This document shows, piece by piece, positions 17,358-26,333 of a DNA stretch of 64,000 nucleotides. The notes under the pieces were generated by a model. That model worked only from the letters and a program-made list of their open reading frames with translations, was not told the DNA's origin and ran no database searches. Within the stretch, counting starts at the first letter, position 1; each line of letters opens with the position of its first letter. The DNA lies in IMG/VR virus record IMGVR_UViG_3300032116_000001, positions 62,001 through 126,000 of that record; one strand, 5' to 3'. The position numbers were made by a program, and so were the translations under genes.

Positions 17358-18323
17358 ATGGGATTAAAAGTGCTTTTTATGGGAGATAATCATTGTGATA
17401 GTTTGCAGCCTCCCTGGAGAACAGATAACTATTGCTTAACAACTTCTCAGGAACTTCTTGAGTCTCTTGAGATTGCTCGGGACAATTCATGCGATGCATT
17501 TGTTTTATTGGGTGATGTATTTAACAGAGCAGAAGTTGGCGGTGAATGCCGCAATTTGGTATTAAAAACGTTAAAGAAGGGCAACAATGGCGATGGTTGG
17601 CCATTCCCCATTTATGTTGTCGTCGGGAACCATGACATCGCACATGACCCATCTAATCTTGGAAAATCGGCTTTAGGCACTATGATTGATGCTGATTTGC
17701 TGATTAAAACAGACTATGATGATGATTTAGGTATTGCATTTGGCCACTTTGTTCCTCATAACACAAAGTTAATTAAAGAGGGAGAGTTGATGAAAGAGCC
17801 CGCTTTGATCTGGGCCGTACATGCCTCGGTTACAACACGGAGCATTCATGGTGATTTCGTTTTATTTGAAGACGTGCCGCTTGCAAAGAAAACGAAATTG
17901 CTAATTGCGGGACACGTTCATTTTCCAATGGATCAAGTGCGCAAAGATGGCAAGCGTTTTATTAATCCTGGTAATGTTGGTAGGTATGATGCCACAAAAG
18001 ACAATATCAATCGGGAGATTAATGTTTTATTAGTTGATTACGAACGGGATGGTTCACGTATAGACACACAGCTTATACCACTTAAAACATGCCTTCCAGG
18101 GAAAGACATTTTCAAAATCGATAAAATACAGAAAAAGAAAGACAAAAAAGCAGAAGAAATGCAATTTATCAAGCAAACTGGTAAGCTTTCTGGTTGGGTA
18201 AATGTTTCATCTGGTGATAAATATGTCACTTTGCGCCAATCGGGCAAAATTAAAAAACTTGATGTTCGAGTTGTTGACAAGGCCGTGGAAACATTGCGTG
18301 AAGTTAATGACAAGCGAAAATAA
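17358..18323 (+). CDS. SbcD/Mre11-like metallophosphoesterase nuclease
   Basis: GDNH, LGDVF, GNHD, GHVH, NPG motifs. Confidence 0.9.
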   Translation: MGLKVLFMGDNHCDSLQPPWRTDNYCLTTSQELLESLEIARDNSCDAFVLLGDVFNRAEVGGECRNLVLKTLKKGNNGDGWPFPIYVVVGNHDIAHDPSNLGKSALGTMIDADLLIKTDYDDDLGIAFGHFVPHNTKLIKEGELMKEPALIWAVHASVTTRSIHGDFVLFEDVPLAKKTKLLIAGHVHFPMDQVRKDGKRFINPGNVGRYDATKDNINREINVLLVDYERDGSRIDTQLIPLKTCLPGKDIFKIDKIQKKKDKKAEEMQFIKQTGKLSGWVNVSSGDKYVTLRQSGKIKKLDVRVVDKAVETLREVNDKRK

Positions 18324-18336
18324 ATGACACAAATAT

Positions 18337-18349
18337 ACTAATATAAAAA
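18337..18349 (+). promoter_or_regulatory. ACTAATATAAAAA motif (copy 1 of 3 exact)
   Basis: Exact 13-mer also at 30458 and 41172; all three are intergenic and upstream of starts. Confidence 0.55.
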
Positions 18350-18351
18350 AC

Positions 18352-18630
18352 ATGAACGACAGCAAAATCAAAGATATTATCAATCGCAGCGAGGCTTTAA
18401 AACAAAAGTTTGCCTCTGCTGAGACAGAAATAAAGATTCGAACGCGGCAATTAGACGAACTTACCCCTAAGAAAAAAGATATTGACCGAAGGTGTAAGGA
18501 AAATTTTGGATGTAAAATTTCTGAATTGCCTAGCAAGCTTGAGGAAATTACTAAGCAAATAGAATCGGATATTGCAATAATTGAATCAAAACTAGAGGAA
18601 GCAAATCAATCCGAAGAGCAAGGTGATTAA
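18352..18630 (+). CDS. Small coiled-coil protein of the SbcCD cluster
   Basis: 92 aa with heptad pattern; TAATG overlap with the next gene. Confidence 0.7.
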   Translation: MNDSKIKDIINRSEALKQKFASAETEIKIRTRQLDELTPKKKDIDRRCKENFGCKISELPSKLEEITKQIESDIAIIESKLEEANQSEEQGD

Positions 18631-19379
18631 TGGATATTGAAAATATCATTGACAAGTGGGCAAAATTAGAGCCCAAAATAAACCGACTTCGCGGGCAAAT
18701 TGCTGAACGCAAGGGGGCTAGAGATCAGCTTTTGAAAAACAAGCAAAATGAAGAAAAAAATCAAATTTCTTTAAAAGAAGATCAGTTGTTAGCAGAACAA
18801 GCAAGCCTGTTTTTGCAATCAGAAATTGTAGAGCGAAGACAAAAGGCCACAGAAGCCATAGAATCTATTGGAACTTCTTCATTGCGAATGATTTATGGCG
18901 ATGATTATGCTCTTGTATTCAACACTTTTGACGAAAAGAGAGAAAAAGGCGAAAAGGGCGGATTTAAAATGGAAATTCAAATTAAATCCGATTTGAAAAA
19001 TCAGCCATTAATTACAGGATTGATGGGTGAACGGGGCGGAGGCGTTATAGAGGTTACTGCTTTTGGGCTACGCATTGCTGCTTTGGACTGGATGGATTAT
19101 GACGGACCATTAGTTCTTGACGAGGCATGGAAATCTATGTCTGCCGATTCAAAGATTGAGTCAGTTGCTGAATTTTTGAAGTTTTATTCCAAGCACAAAG
19201 ACCGCCAAATTATATTTGCCACTCACAGGGCCGATGTTTTTGGTAAATATGCTGATAATATCATAAGAATCTCCAAAGATAATGGGGTCGCGTCCGTTAG
19301 GCAGATGGAATATGATGAAATTATGCAAGAAGCCGCGCAACTTGCGGCCTCGACAGAAGAAATTGAGGATGATTTATGA
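18630..19379 (+). CDS. SbcC/Rad50-like ATPase, C-terminal half (signature, Walker B, H-loop)
   Basis: Coiled coil, then RGGG signature-like motif, LVLDEAW, IIFATHR. Confidence 0.85.
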   Translation: MDIENIIDKWAKLEPKINRLRGQIAERKGARDQLLKNKQNEEKNQISLKEDQLLAEQASLFLQSEIVERRQKATEAIESIGTSSLRMIYGDDYALVFNTFDEKREKGEKGGFKMEIQIKSDLKNQPLITGLMGERGGGVIEVTAFGLRIAALDWMDYDGPLVLDEAWKSMSADSKIESVAEFLKFYSKHKDRQIIFATHRADVFGKYADNIIRISKDNGVASVRQMEYDEIMQEAAQLAASTEEIEDDL

Positions 19380-20263
19380 AATCTAAAAGAGTGAACAAGG
19401 ATGACGTTGCTGCCGCGATTATTGAGAGGATCATGAGCCAGCCTGTCCCTGCAGAGGGGCAGCTAATGAATCCCCTCAATGCCGAAAAGAAAAACAGAAA
19501 ATCTTCTCAAGTTACAATATCCGACATAGACGCAGACAATCTGTCCCAGGACGTAAAGTCTTGGACTGTTCGAACATTTGTTGATTATTTTTCTAAAAAA
19601 TGGCAAAAAGAAACGGGCGGAAACTACAAAAAAACCTATACATCTGACCAAATTGTGTTTCAGGATATAGGCAAATTTATGGCAAGTAATGGTCTTGAAA
19701 AAAACGAATGGACTAAAAAGTTTATTGACTGGTGTTTTAAGAAAAGATCAGACATAACTAAGAAGTCTGGGCACTTTATGCCTCAAACCATTAGAAATTA
19801 TTTGAATCAGTTTTATCAAGATGTTGTTATGCCCATGGTTGAAGACGACAAGATTGACCGAACATATGTTGAGACTCCGATACTTGATGAGATCAAACAA
19901 GCCGACGCCGACGGCAAGGCTAGTGAGATATTCTTGAGATTTGGCATTCCTATTGCTGCTACTTATTTTGTTGTTTATCGAGGATTTAAAGAGCCAGTTG
20001 TAGAAAAGGGCCTCACCAAGATGATAGATTCTCTTTGTAAAGGGACTCCAGAAGAAAGAGAAAAACTATCGCTTATGTTCCGAAGATCAATAATCCGATC
20101 ACCATACCCGAAGTGGTTTGTGTTTCTAAATTGGAGAGAAATGTACAAATCCCAGTCTAGTTCATTCGTGGATGAAAATTGGTGGAGAGACTTAGATTAC
20201 AGAGGACAAGAGCTGCCAGAATATCTTAAGTTAAGGCCCGATGATAACGAAAACAATGAATAA
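19376..20263 (+). CDS. Hypothetical protein in replication operon
   Basis: 295-aa ORF overlapping both neighbours. Confidence 0.7.
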   Translation: MKSKRVNKDDVAAAIIERIMSQPVPAEGQLMNPLNAEKKNRKSSQVTISDIDADNLSQDVKSWTVRTFVDYFSKKWQKETGGNYKKTYTSDQIVFQDIGKFMASNGLEKNEWTKKFIDWCFKKRSDITKKSGHFMPQTIRNYLNQFYQDVVMPMVEDDKIDRTYVETPILDEIKQADADGKASEIFLRFGIPIAATYFVVYRGFKEPVVEKGLTKMIDSLCKGTPEEREKLSLMFRRSIIRSPYPKWFVFLNWREMYKSQSSSFVDENWWRDLDYRGQELPEYLKLRPDDNENNE

Positions 20264-21932
20264 TAACTTTACCGCACATCGCAATGCCATGAGAGAGTTT
20301 GATTGGCAAATACGTTCAAAAAGGCCACTTCTTTACATCATAAGCCACGAGGAGAAGCGTGTTCTAAACGCCATATCAACAGTTTGTGAGCGTGATGATA
20401 GGCGATGGAAATTGGCCACGTGGGATATCGCATCGGGGCTGCAGTCAAATTATGAAGATATTTTACCCAAAGATGATCTCGCGATGGATCAACTGGATAT
20501 TTTACAATGGTTTGAAGATCAGGCCATGCCAACAAATGATTTCTTAGTGCTTGTGCTTAAAGATTATCATAGATTTCTAGGAGTGGATGGCCAGGTTGGG
20601 CAAGTTGAAAGCAAAGTTATTAGAGCCTTAAGAAACATTAGTCAAGAATCTGCCACAAAACAGAAAGCTATCGTAATATTGTCGCCGTCTCTGCATATCC
20701 CTCAAGAAATAGAAAAAATAGTTAATGTGATCGACTGGCCTTTGCCAGAGACTGAACATATTAATGATCTTGTCTGTTCTATTCTTTCTGCGGCAGACAA
20801 TCGTCAAGATTTAAGAGATAAGTTTCAAGCGTCGGGATACAGTGATCAAGAAATGGAAGAAATAGTGCGAGCTTTTCAGGGCCTCACTATAGACGAAGTT
20901 GAGATGCTAATGTATTACAGCATGCTCACAACAGAAAAACTTGACCCTTCGCTTCTTGCATCACATAAAAGAGATATAATACGCAAAGCTGGTATTCTAG
21001 ACTGGATTGAAATTCAATCGGGGATGGACAGCGTGGGTGGTTTGGTTGCTTTGAAAGATTGGCTAAAAAAAAGACAGGGTGCATTTTCAAAAGAAGCCAT
21101 AGCCTATGGTTTGCCAGCTGACCCCAAGGGTGTTCTTTTGGTTGGTGTTCAGGGGGCTGGTAAATCACTTTGTGCCCAGGCAATTGCATCTTACTGGCGA
21201 CTTCCGTTATTAAGGCTGGATATGGGCAAGGTATTCAGCGGTATTGTTGGGTCATCAGAAGAAAACATCCGATCAGTTATTGCCATAGCCGAAAGCGTAA
21301 GTCCTTGTATTTTGTGGGCAGACGAGATTGATAAAGGTCTTTCTGGATCAGCAAGTTCAAATCAAACTGATGGCGGGACGGCAAGTCGTGTCTTTGGATC
21401 GCTTCTGACGTGGATGCAGGAAAAAAAGAAGCCTGTTTTTGTTGTTGCAACAGCCAATGACGTGTCTCAGCTTCCGCCCGAGCTATTAAGAAAGGGAAGG
21501 TTTGATGAAATATTTTTTGTTGATCTTCCTACTGAACAAGACAGAAAAGATATTTTTAAAATTCACATCCTTAAGCGTGATCGCGATCCGCAATTGTTTG
21601 ATATAAAGGCTTTGGCTGCAGAGTCGCAGTCTTTCACAGGTGCGGAAATCGAGGCGGCAATTATTAGCGCCATGTATGAAGCATTCGACGATAGTGCAAG
21701 GGAGTTTACCACTGCTGACATTCTTAAGTCTCTTCAGGAAACTGTTCCACTTGCAGTGACAATGAAGGAAAAGATCGAGATTTTAAGAACATGGGCCAAA
21801 ACAAGAGCAAGAAGTGCAAACTACATTAAGCCGATAATAGAGAGCGCGGAGATTACGCAAGCAAGACAAGACATTATGAAAGATATTGAAAACAAAATCC
21901 AATCTGATGACGTAGAAGAAGAGTATCTATGA
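20241..21932 (+). CDS. AAA+ ATPase, Ycf46/SpoVK type
   Basis: [11 protein letters not shown], Walker [42 protein letters not shown]. Confidence 0.9.
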   Translation: MITKTMNNNFTAHRNAMREFDWQIRSKRPLLYIISHEEKRVLNAISTVCERDDRRWKLATWDIASGLQSNYEDILPKDDLAMDQLDILQWFEDQAMPTNDFLVLVLKDYHRFLGVDGQVGQVESKVIRALRNISQESATKQKAIVILSPSLHIPQEIEKIVNVIDWPLPETEHINDLVCSILSAADNRQDLRDKFQASGYSDQEMEEIVRAFQGLTIDEVEMLMYYSMLTTEKLDPSLLASHKRDIIRKAGILDWIEIQSGMDSVGGLVALKDWLKKRQGAFSKEAIAYGLPADPKGVLLVGVQGAGKSLCAQAIASYWRLPLLRLDMGKVFSGIVGSSEENIRSVIAIAESVSPCILWADEIDKGLSGSASSNQTDGGTASRVFGSLLTWMQEKKKPVFVVATANDVSQLPPELLRKGRFDEIFFVDLPTEQDRKDIFKIHILKRDRDPQLFDIKALAAESQSFTGAEIEAAIISAMYEAFDDSAREFTTADILKSLQETVPLAVTMKEKIEILRTWAKTRARSANYIKPIIESAEITQARQDIMKDIENKIQSDDVEEEYL

Positions 21933-22756
21933 GCAAAGACTCCGATGAAAACATTTTTTTAAAAAGCATGAATCTTAATGCTGATGATCTAAGGGCAAAA
22001 GATCAGGCCAGAAGAATGCGAGAAGACATTGGCTGCAGCGATTGCAATTACCTTGGTTATGTCCTTACCAGCAATGGTTCAGGGGCTTTGTGCAAGTGCA
22101 TGAAGAAAAAAACGTATCATAAGTTGTTTGATGAAGCTGCGATACCCAGGATTTGGTGGGAAAAAACTCTTGATGATTGGGACACTCGCCAAGACTCGAA
22201 GGGATATGATCTTGGCTCTCAACAAAATGTTAGCAAGAAAATCAAAAGACTTTTCGCCTTCTATGCCAAAAACTTAAAGAATATTGCTGCGGGATTCCCC
22301 CCGTCAATTACGCACAGCAGTGGTATTAAAGACAAATTACACTCTCTGGTTTTGGAAGGAGGAAACGGGAGTGGAAAAACATTCCTAATTGCAGTAATGC
22401 TTCAAGATGCTTTAAAAATGGGGCTTACAGCACATTTTATTGAGTGGAGCGATTTAATTGATGCCTGTCGATCCTTCCAAAAAGAAGACGAACTAAATCA
22501 CTTGCGTGATGTTTTTGAAAAATATGATTTGGTGGCCATTGATAACACCGTCCCTTATGACAACCTTCCAAATCATTGTTTTGTACAATTAGACAGATTT
22601 TTTAGAGCTAGGCTTAACTCTGGCAAACCAACTCTTATCGGGGCAGAACCTGGATGGGAAAATACTAATGCTGGCTCGGGATGGCGAGCTTTAACATCAA
22701 ATTGTCTTGTGGTGCATTTGCCACGAACAGACCAACGAACAAATTCGAGAATGTAA
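21929..22756 (+). CDS. DnaC/IstB-like helicase loader with N-terminal zinc ribbon
   Basis: CSDC...CKC, AAIP, Walker A GGNGSGKT, LVAIDN; directly upstream of the helicase. Confidence 0.7.
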   Translation: MSKDSDENIFLKSMNLNADDLRAKDQARRMREDIGCSDCNYLGYVLTSNGSGALCKCMKKKTYHKLFDEAAIPRIWWEKTLDDWDTRQDSKGYDLGSQQNVSKKIKRLFAFYAKNLKNIAAGFPPSITHSSGIKDKLHSLVLEGGNGSGKTFLIAVMLQDALKMGLTAHFIEWSDLIDACRSFQKEDELNHLRDVFEKYDLVAIDNTVPYDNLPNHCFVQLDRFFRARLNSGKPTLIGAEPGWENTNAGSGWRALTSNCLVVHLPRTDQRTNSRM

Positions 22757-22757
22757 A

Positions 22758-24326
22758 ATGAACTTAAGCCAACAAGATATTGAAATTGCAATTTTGGCAC
22801 ATATTACTCGCAATCCGAAGGCAATGGACAAAATTGAAGCGAGAAAAATCACAGAGGATCACTTTGTTTTTGTAGAAGATGGTGCTAAAAACTCATACAC
22901 CAAGGCTCTTTTTATTTTGGCTAGAAATTATTGGCGCGATTCAGGGGGGTCATTGTTAACGCAAAATGTTCTTGAAGCCAAGATGATTGAAAGCTCGATG
23001 AAAGACAAGTCGCGAGAAAAATTCCTGACTTTATGGGCAAATATTGATGACTTTGATGTAGACGACAATGATCTGTATGAATTTATTAGTCAATTAAAAA
23101 ACAGGCATTGTTTAAGAATTATCAATAATCTATTCAAAGAAGGCGCAACTACACTAACTGAAGACGGAATACCCGAAACACTTCAAGTAATTCAGAAGCA
23201 TGTTGATGCCGTTCATGAGCAAATTAATGAAATTGGCGGAGATATTGAAAGATTGGATATTTCAAATTCTCATGATTATTTTCAAGAGGAGTATCAAAAG
23301 CGCATCGATAAACCAGAGCTTTTCAGGGGCATCCCTTGCGGCTTAGATGAAATAGACTCCAAGACATTCGGCTGGCTACCAGGCCAAATTATTGTATTTT
23401 TGGCTCCTAGCTCGGGCGGGAAATCAGTCATGCTTTTAAACTCGGCGCTTCATGCTCATGCTCAAGGCAAGAATGTTTTATATTTCAGCTTTGAAATGAA
23501 CTCTTGGCTGTGTCTTTTGCGCCATTTATCTCTTCAGTTTAAAATTCCTTATGCACAGCTAAAAGACGTGACATGCACCCCAGAGCAAATGAAACAAATA
23601 TCTGATGGCTTATCACAAATGTCGTCAAATGGTGCATATTTTGAATATGATGTCAACATGGAAGACCCTACCCCAGAATATATTGATAGCCGAATTAGAG
23701 AACTGACGGCTACCAAGGGCAAGCCAGACATCTTAATTGTAGACTACATTGGAAATATGACTGTTAGAAATCCTCAGTCGAACTCAAAAGATTGGGAAAA
23801 TCAATCAAAGGCGGTTGAGCAGCTGTTTGTTATGAGCAAAAGATACTCCATACCAACATTAACAGCCCAGCAAATTAACAGAGACACAATTCGTGATGCA
23901 AGAAAACAAAAAGAAAACAATAAATTCATGAGTTATGACCAAGCCGCGGCGAGCGGTGGCCAAAAGTTGCTGCACCTTTGTACCTATGCTATCGCCATGG
24001 AGCCTTACAAAGAAGAAGGCGTATGCGTGTTCCATCCTGTGAAAATGCGAGACGCTTGGTTCCACCCATTTCCAGCACTGTTAAAGCGCGAATATAATGA
24101 AATTTCATCAATGGATGATGGTGAAAAAGAAGAGTGGATGAATCTGCATCGCATGAGCGCAGGGGGTGGTTCAACGAGTGACAAAGCTGATAACAATAAG
24201 ATTCATACGGTTAGAAATGAAGTTCGCAGAGCCAATGACGATGATGATGGCGGAGATGAAGGCTGGGTTGTTGAAGAAACAACATCCGATGAGAACCTTG
24301 ATCTTGGGGATTGGTCACTAGGGTAA
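22758..24326 (+). CDS. dnaB: Replicative DNA helicase, DnaB-like
   Basis: GIPCGLDEID, Walker A APSSGGKS, FSFEM, IVDYI, AQQINR; acidic tail. Confidence 0.85.
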   Translation: MNLSQQDIEIAILAHITRNPKAMDKIEARKITEDHFVFVEDGAKNSYTKALFILARNYWRDSGGSLLTQNVLEAKMIESSMKDKSREKFLTLWANIDDFDVDDNDLYEFISQLKNRHCLRIINNLFKEGATTLTEDGIPETLQVIQKHVDAVHEQINEIGGDIERLDISNSHDYFQEEYQKRIDKPELFRGIPCGLDEIDSKTFGWLPGQIIVFLAPSSGGKSVMLLNSALHAHAQGKNVLYFSFEMNSWLCLLRHLSLQFKIPYAQLKDVTCTPEQMKQISDGLSQMSSNGAYFEYDVNMEDPTPEYIDSRIRELTATKGKPDILIVDYIGNMTVRNPQSNSKDWENQSKAVEQLFVMSKRYSIPTLTAQQINRDTIRDARKQKENNKFMSYDQAAASGGQKLLHLCTYAIAMEPYKEEGVCVFHPVKMRDAWFHPFPALLKREYNEISSMDDGEKEEWMNLHRMSAGGGSTSDKADNNKIHTVRNEVRRANDDDDGGDEGWVVEETTSDENLDLGDWSLG

Positions 24327-24327
24327 T

Positions 24328-25002
24328 ATGAACAATTCAGACAATTCGCGATCATTGCTTCAGTCCTTGTCTGATGTTAAATCCAAGGGCAGGATAAGCA
24401 GTCAGGTTATTGATGAAATGCTTGCAGTTGCAGACATAAAAGAAATCTTGGAACAAGAGTATGATCTTTACTTTGACCCCAGCACAAATGGCTGGTGGAA
24501 TACTAATTGCCCAATGCCTGGCCACGATGATAAGTCCCCAAGTTTTGGTGTGCATCCTGAAAGCGGAATGTATAACTGTTTTGGATGCATGGAAAAAGGC
24601 ACTTTGCTGACATTTATTCAGAAAGTTGAGGGCCTAAGTTTCCCTGAGGCCGTGCAAAGGTTGTCGCAGATAACTGGGGTGAACATGGATGAAGCCCATG
24701 GCGAGCTTCACAGGACGGTCAGGGGCATTAATGAAGCAATTGAAGACTACTTAAACCGAACTGCACAAACTGATCTTCCAGGCGGAATGACAGAGGCTGC
24801 TTTTATGCGGGCAGTTGCTTCGCGCATAAAAGCGTTTGAGTTCAAAGCAGGATGTACCAATCAAGCCTATGATTTTTCAGAAGAAGTTTACAAAAACTTG
24901 GATGATATGATGTATGCTCAAGATTATAAAGGACTAAACAAACTTTGGCACGAGCTTGGAAAAAAAACGCGATTTGCACTAAAACTAACAAAAAAGGAAT
25001 AA
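24328..25002 (+). CDS. Stand-alone CHC2 zinc-finger protein (DnaG zinc-binding domain)
   Basis: CPMPGHDDKSPSF...YNCFGC...FIQKVEGLSFPEAVQRL; no Toprim domain follows. Confidence 0.85.
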   Translation: MNNSDNSRSLLQSLSDVKSKGRISSQVIDEMLAVADIKEILEQEYDLYFDPSTNGWWNTNCPMPGHDDKSPSFGVHPESGMYNCFGCMEKGTLLTFIQKVEGLSFPEAVQRLSQITGVNMDEAHGELHRTVRGINEAIEDYLNRTAQTDLPGGMTEAAFMRAVASRIKAFEFKAGCTNQAYDFSEEVYKNLDDMMYAQDYKGLNKLWHELGKKTRFALKLTKKE

Positions 25003-25006
25003 TGAT

Positions 25007-25291
25007 ATGATTGACGATCTTTATAATATGAATGAAACACCATCGCGAGGCGACATCGCAGAGAAGTTAAATGAATCGACACAAACATCACCAGAAGAAG
25101 TTACAATTCAAGTTGTGTTGTCTGGTGTTGGGGCGGCAAGATATAATTTTGTCAAAAGCCTGTTGATGATTTCTTTGGGTATGTCTGAGCGTGATGCGGA
25201 TGCGTATATTTGCAGAGTAGGAGCAGAAACAGAAATTAGCAAACTTGCTGAGCTGTGGAATAAAAAAGAAAACTCTAATGAAGGGCGCTGA
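25007..25291 (+). CDS. Small hypothetical protein
   Basis: 94-aa ORF in operon. Confidence 0.6.
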   Translation: MIDDLYNMNETPSRGDIAEKLNESTQTSPEEVTIQVVLSGVGAARYNFVKSLLMISLGMSERDADAYICRVGAETEISKLAELWNKKENSNEGR

Positions 25292-26258
25292 AGTCATAGT
25301 ATATCCCGAAATAGCAGCGAAAGCTTTAAAAATTGGCGAAGCTGATCTTTACGTCATGTGGCTGTTATTAAGAGCCATGAGCGCTCGCGGTGATGGTCGG
25401 GGCATCATCACCGTTGATGATATCAAGAATACTTGTGAAAAGGTTTTCGGAGTTACGCAAAAGTGGGCATACTCAAAAATCAATGACGGCATAGGTAAGT
25501 ATTGGCGTGCTCCCGACGGTAAAAAGGGCTCCAGAACGGTTGGCTTAATGGGGCAAAGGTTGGTTCACGATCACCTTAAACCAGAAATGACACGATCAGA
25601 GCCATTTGTTATTCCCGCGAGCTTATTCAAAGCGAGTGAAGGCTTGAATTTTAAAAAGATAAAGCAATTACTGATTGCCCTTATTGCAAGTCGCTTTGTT
25701 GACAATAGGCCAGTAACTATCGACCAGATTGTAGAGCATACGGGGCTTTCTGAGTCAACAATCAGAAATGCCCTTAAAGAATGTGCGCTAATTACAAAAG
25801 TTGCCAATTATGAAATTGTTCATAAGGCAAGTACCCACATAGAGGCCAAGGCCGTGCAACGAGCGTTATGTGTTCAAAGCAAGAAATTTCGCCTTGCTCA
25901 ACAAAATGGAACCTGGATTGTTGCCAAGCAGATGGGCAATACTTATAGGGTTCCCGAAACGAATCGACTTCCATTGCGTATAAGGCCAAAGGAACTAAAG
26001 AACTTCGACAAAGACAATGTTTCTTTATATGGAAAAAAGCGCTTTTATAACAAAAAATCTAAATCAAAACACAATGGAATTTATTGTGTAGACCACACTT
26101 ATGTAAGTGACCAAAAAGCAGCGCTATGGACAACAAAGGTTATTGAGTCTACAAAACTACCTCGAAGTCATGCTGGAAAATGGTGCAGGCTGATTAAATT
26201 CAGTGCTCGTGGGAAAAATCCATTAAACACGAGTGTCAAGACGCAAAATAATGACTAA
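25245..26258 (+). CDS. Basic HTH-containing DNA-binding protein (start uncertain)
   Basis: TIDQIVEHTGLSESTIRNALK helix-turn-helix. Confidence 0.6.
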   Translation: MLSCGIKKKTLMKGAEVIVYPEIAAKALKIGEADLYVMWLLLRAMSARGDGRGIITVDDIKNTCEKVFGVTQKWAYSKINDGIGKYWRAPDGKKGSRTVGLMGQRLVHDHLKPEMTRSEPFVIPASLFKASEGLNFKKIKQLLIALIASRFVDNRPVTIDQIVEHTGLSESTIRNALKECALITKVANYEIVHKASTHIEAKAVQRALCVQSKKFRLAQQNGTWIVAKQMGNTYRVPETNRLPLRIRPKELKNFDKDNVSLYGKKRFYNKKSKSKHNGIYCVDHTYVSDQKAALWTTKVIESTKLPRSHAGKWCRLIKFSARGKNPLNTSVKTQNND

Positions 26259-26333
26259 AATAAATTAAGAGTTATTTTCACACATAACTCAAACCAGATG
26301 AATGACTGCCGACGCGGCGTCTGGATATTAACC

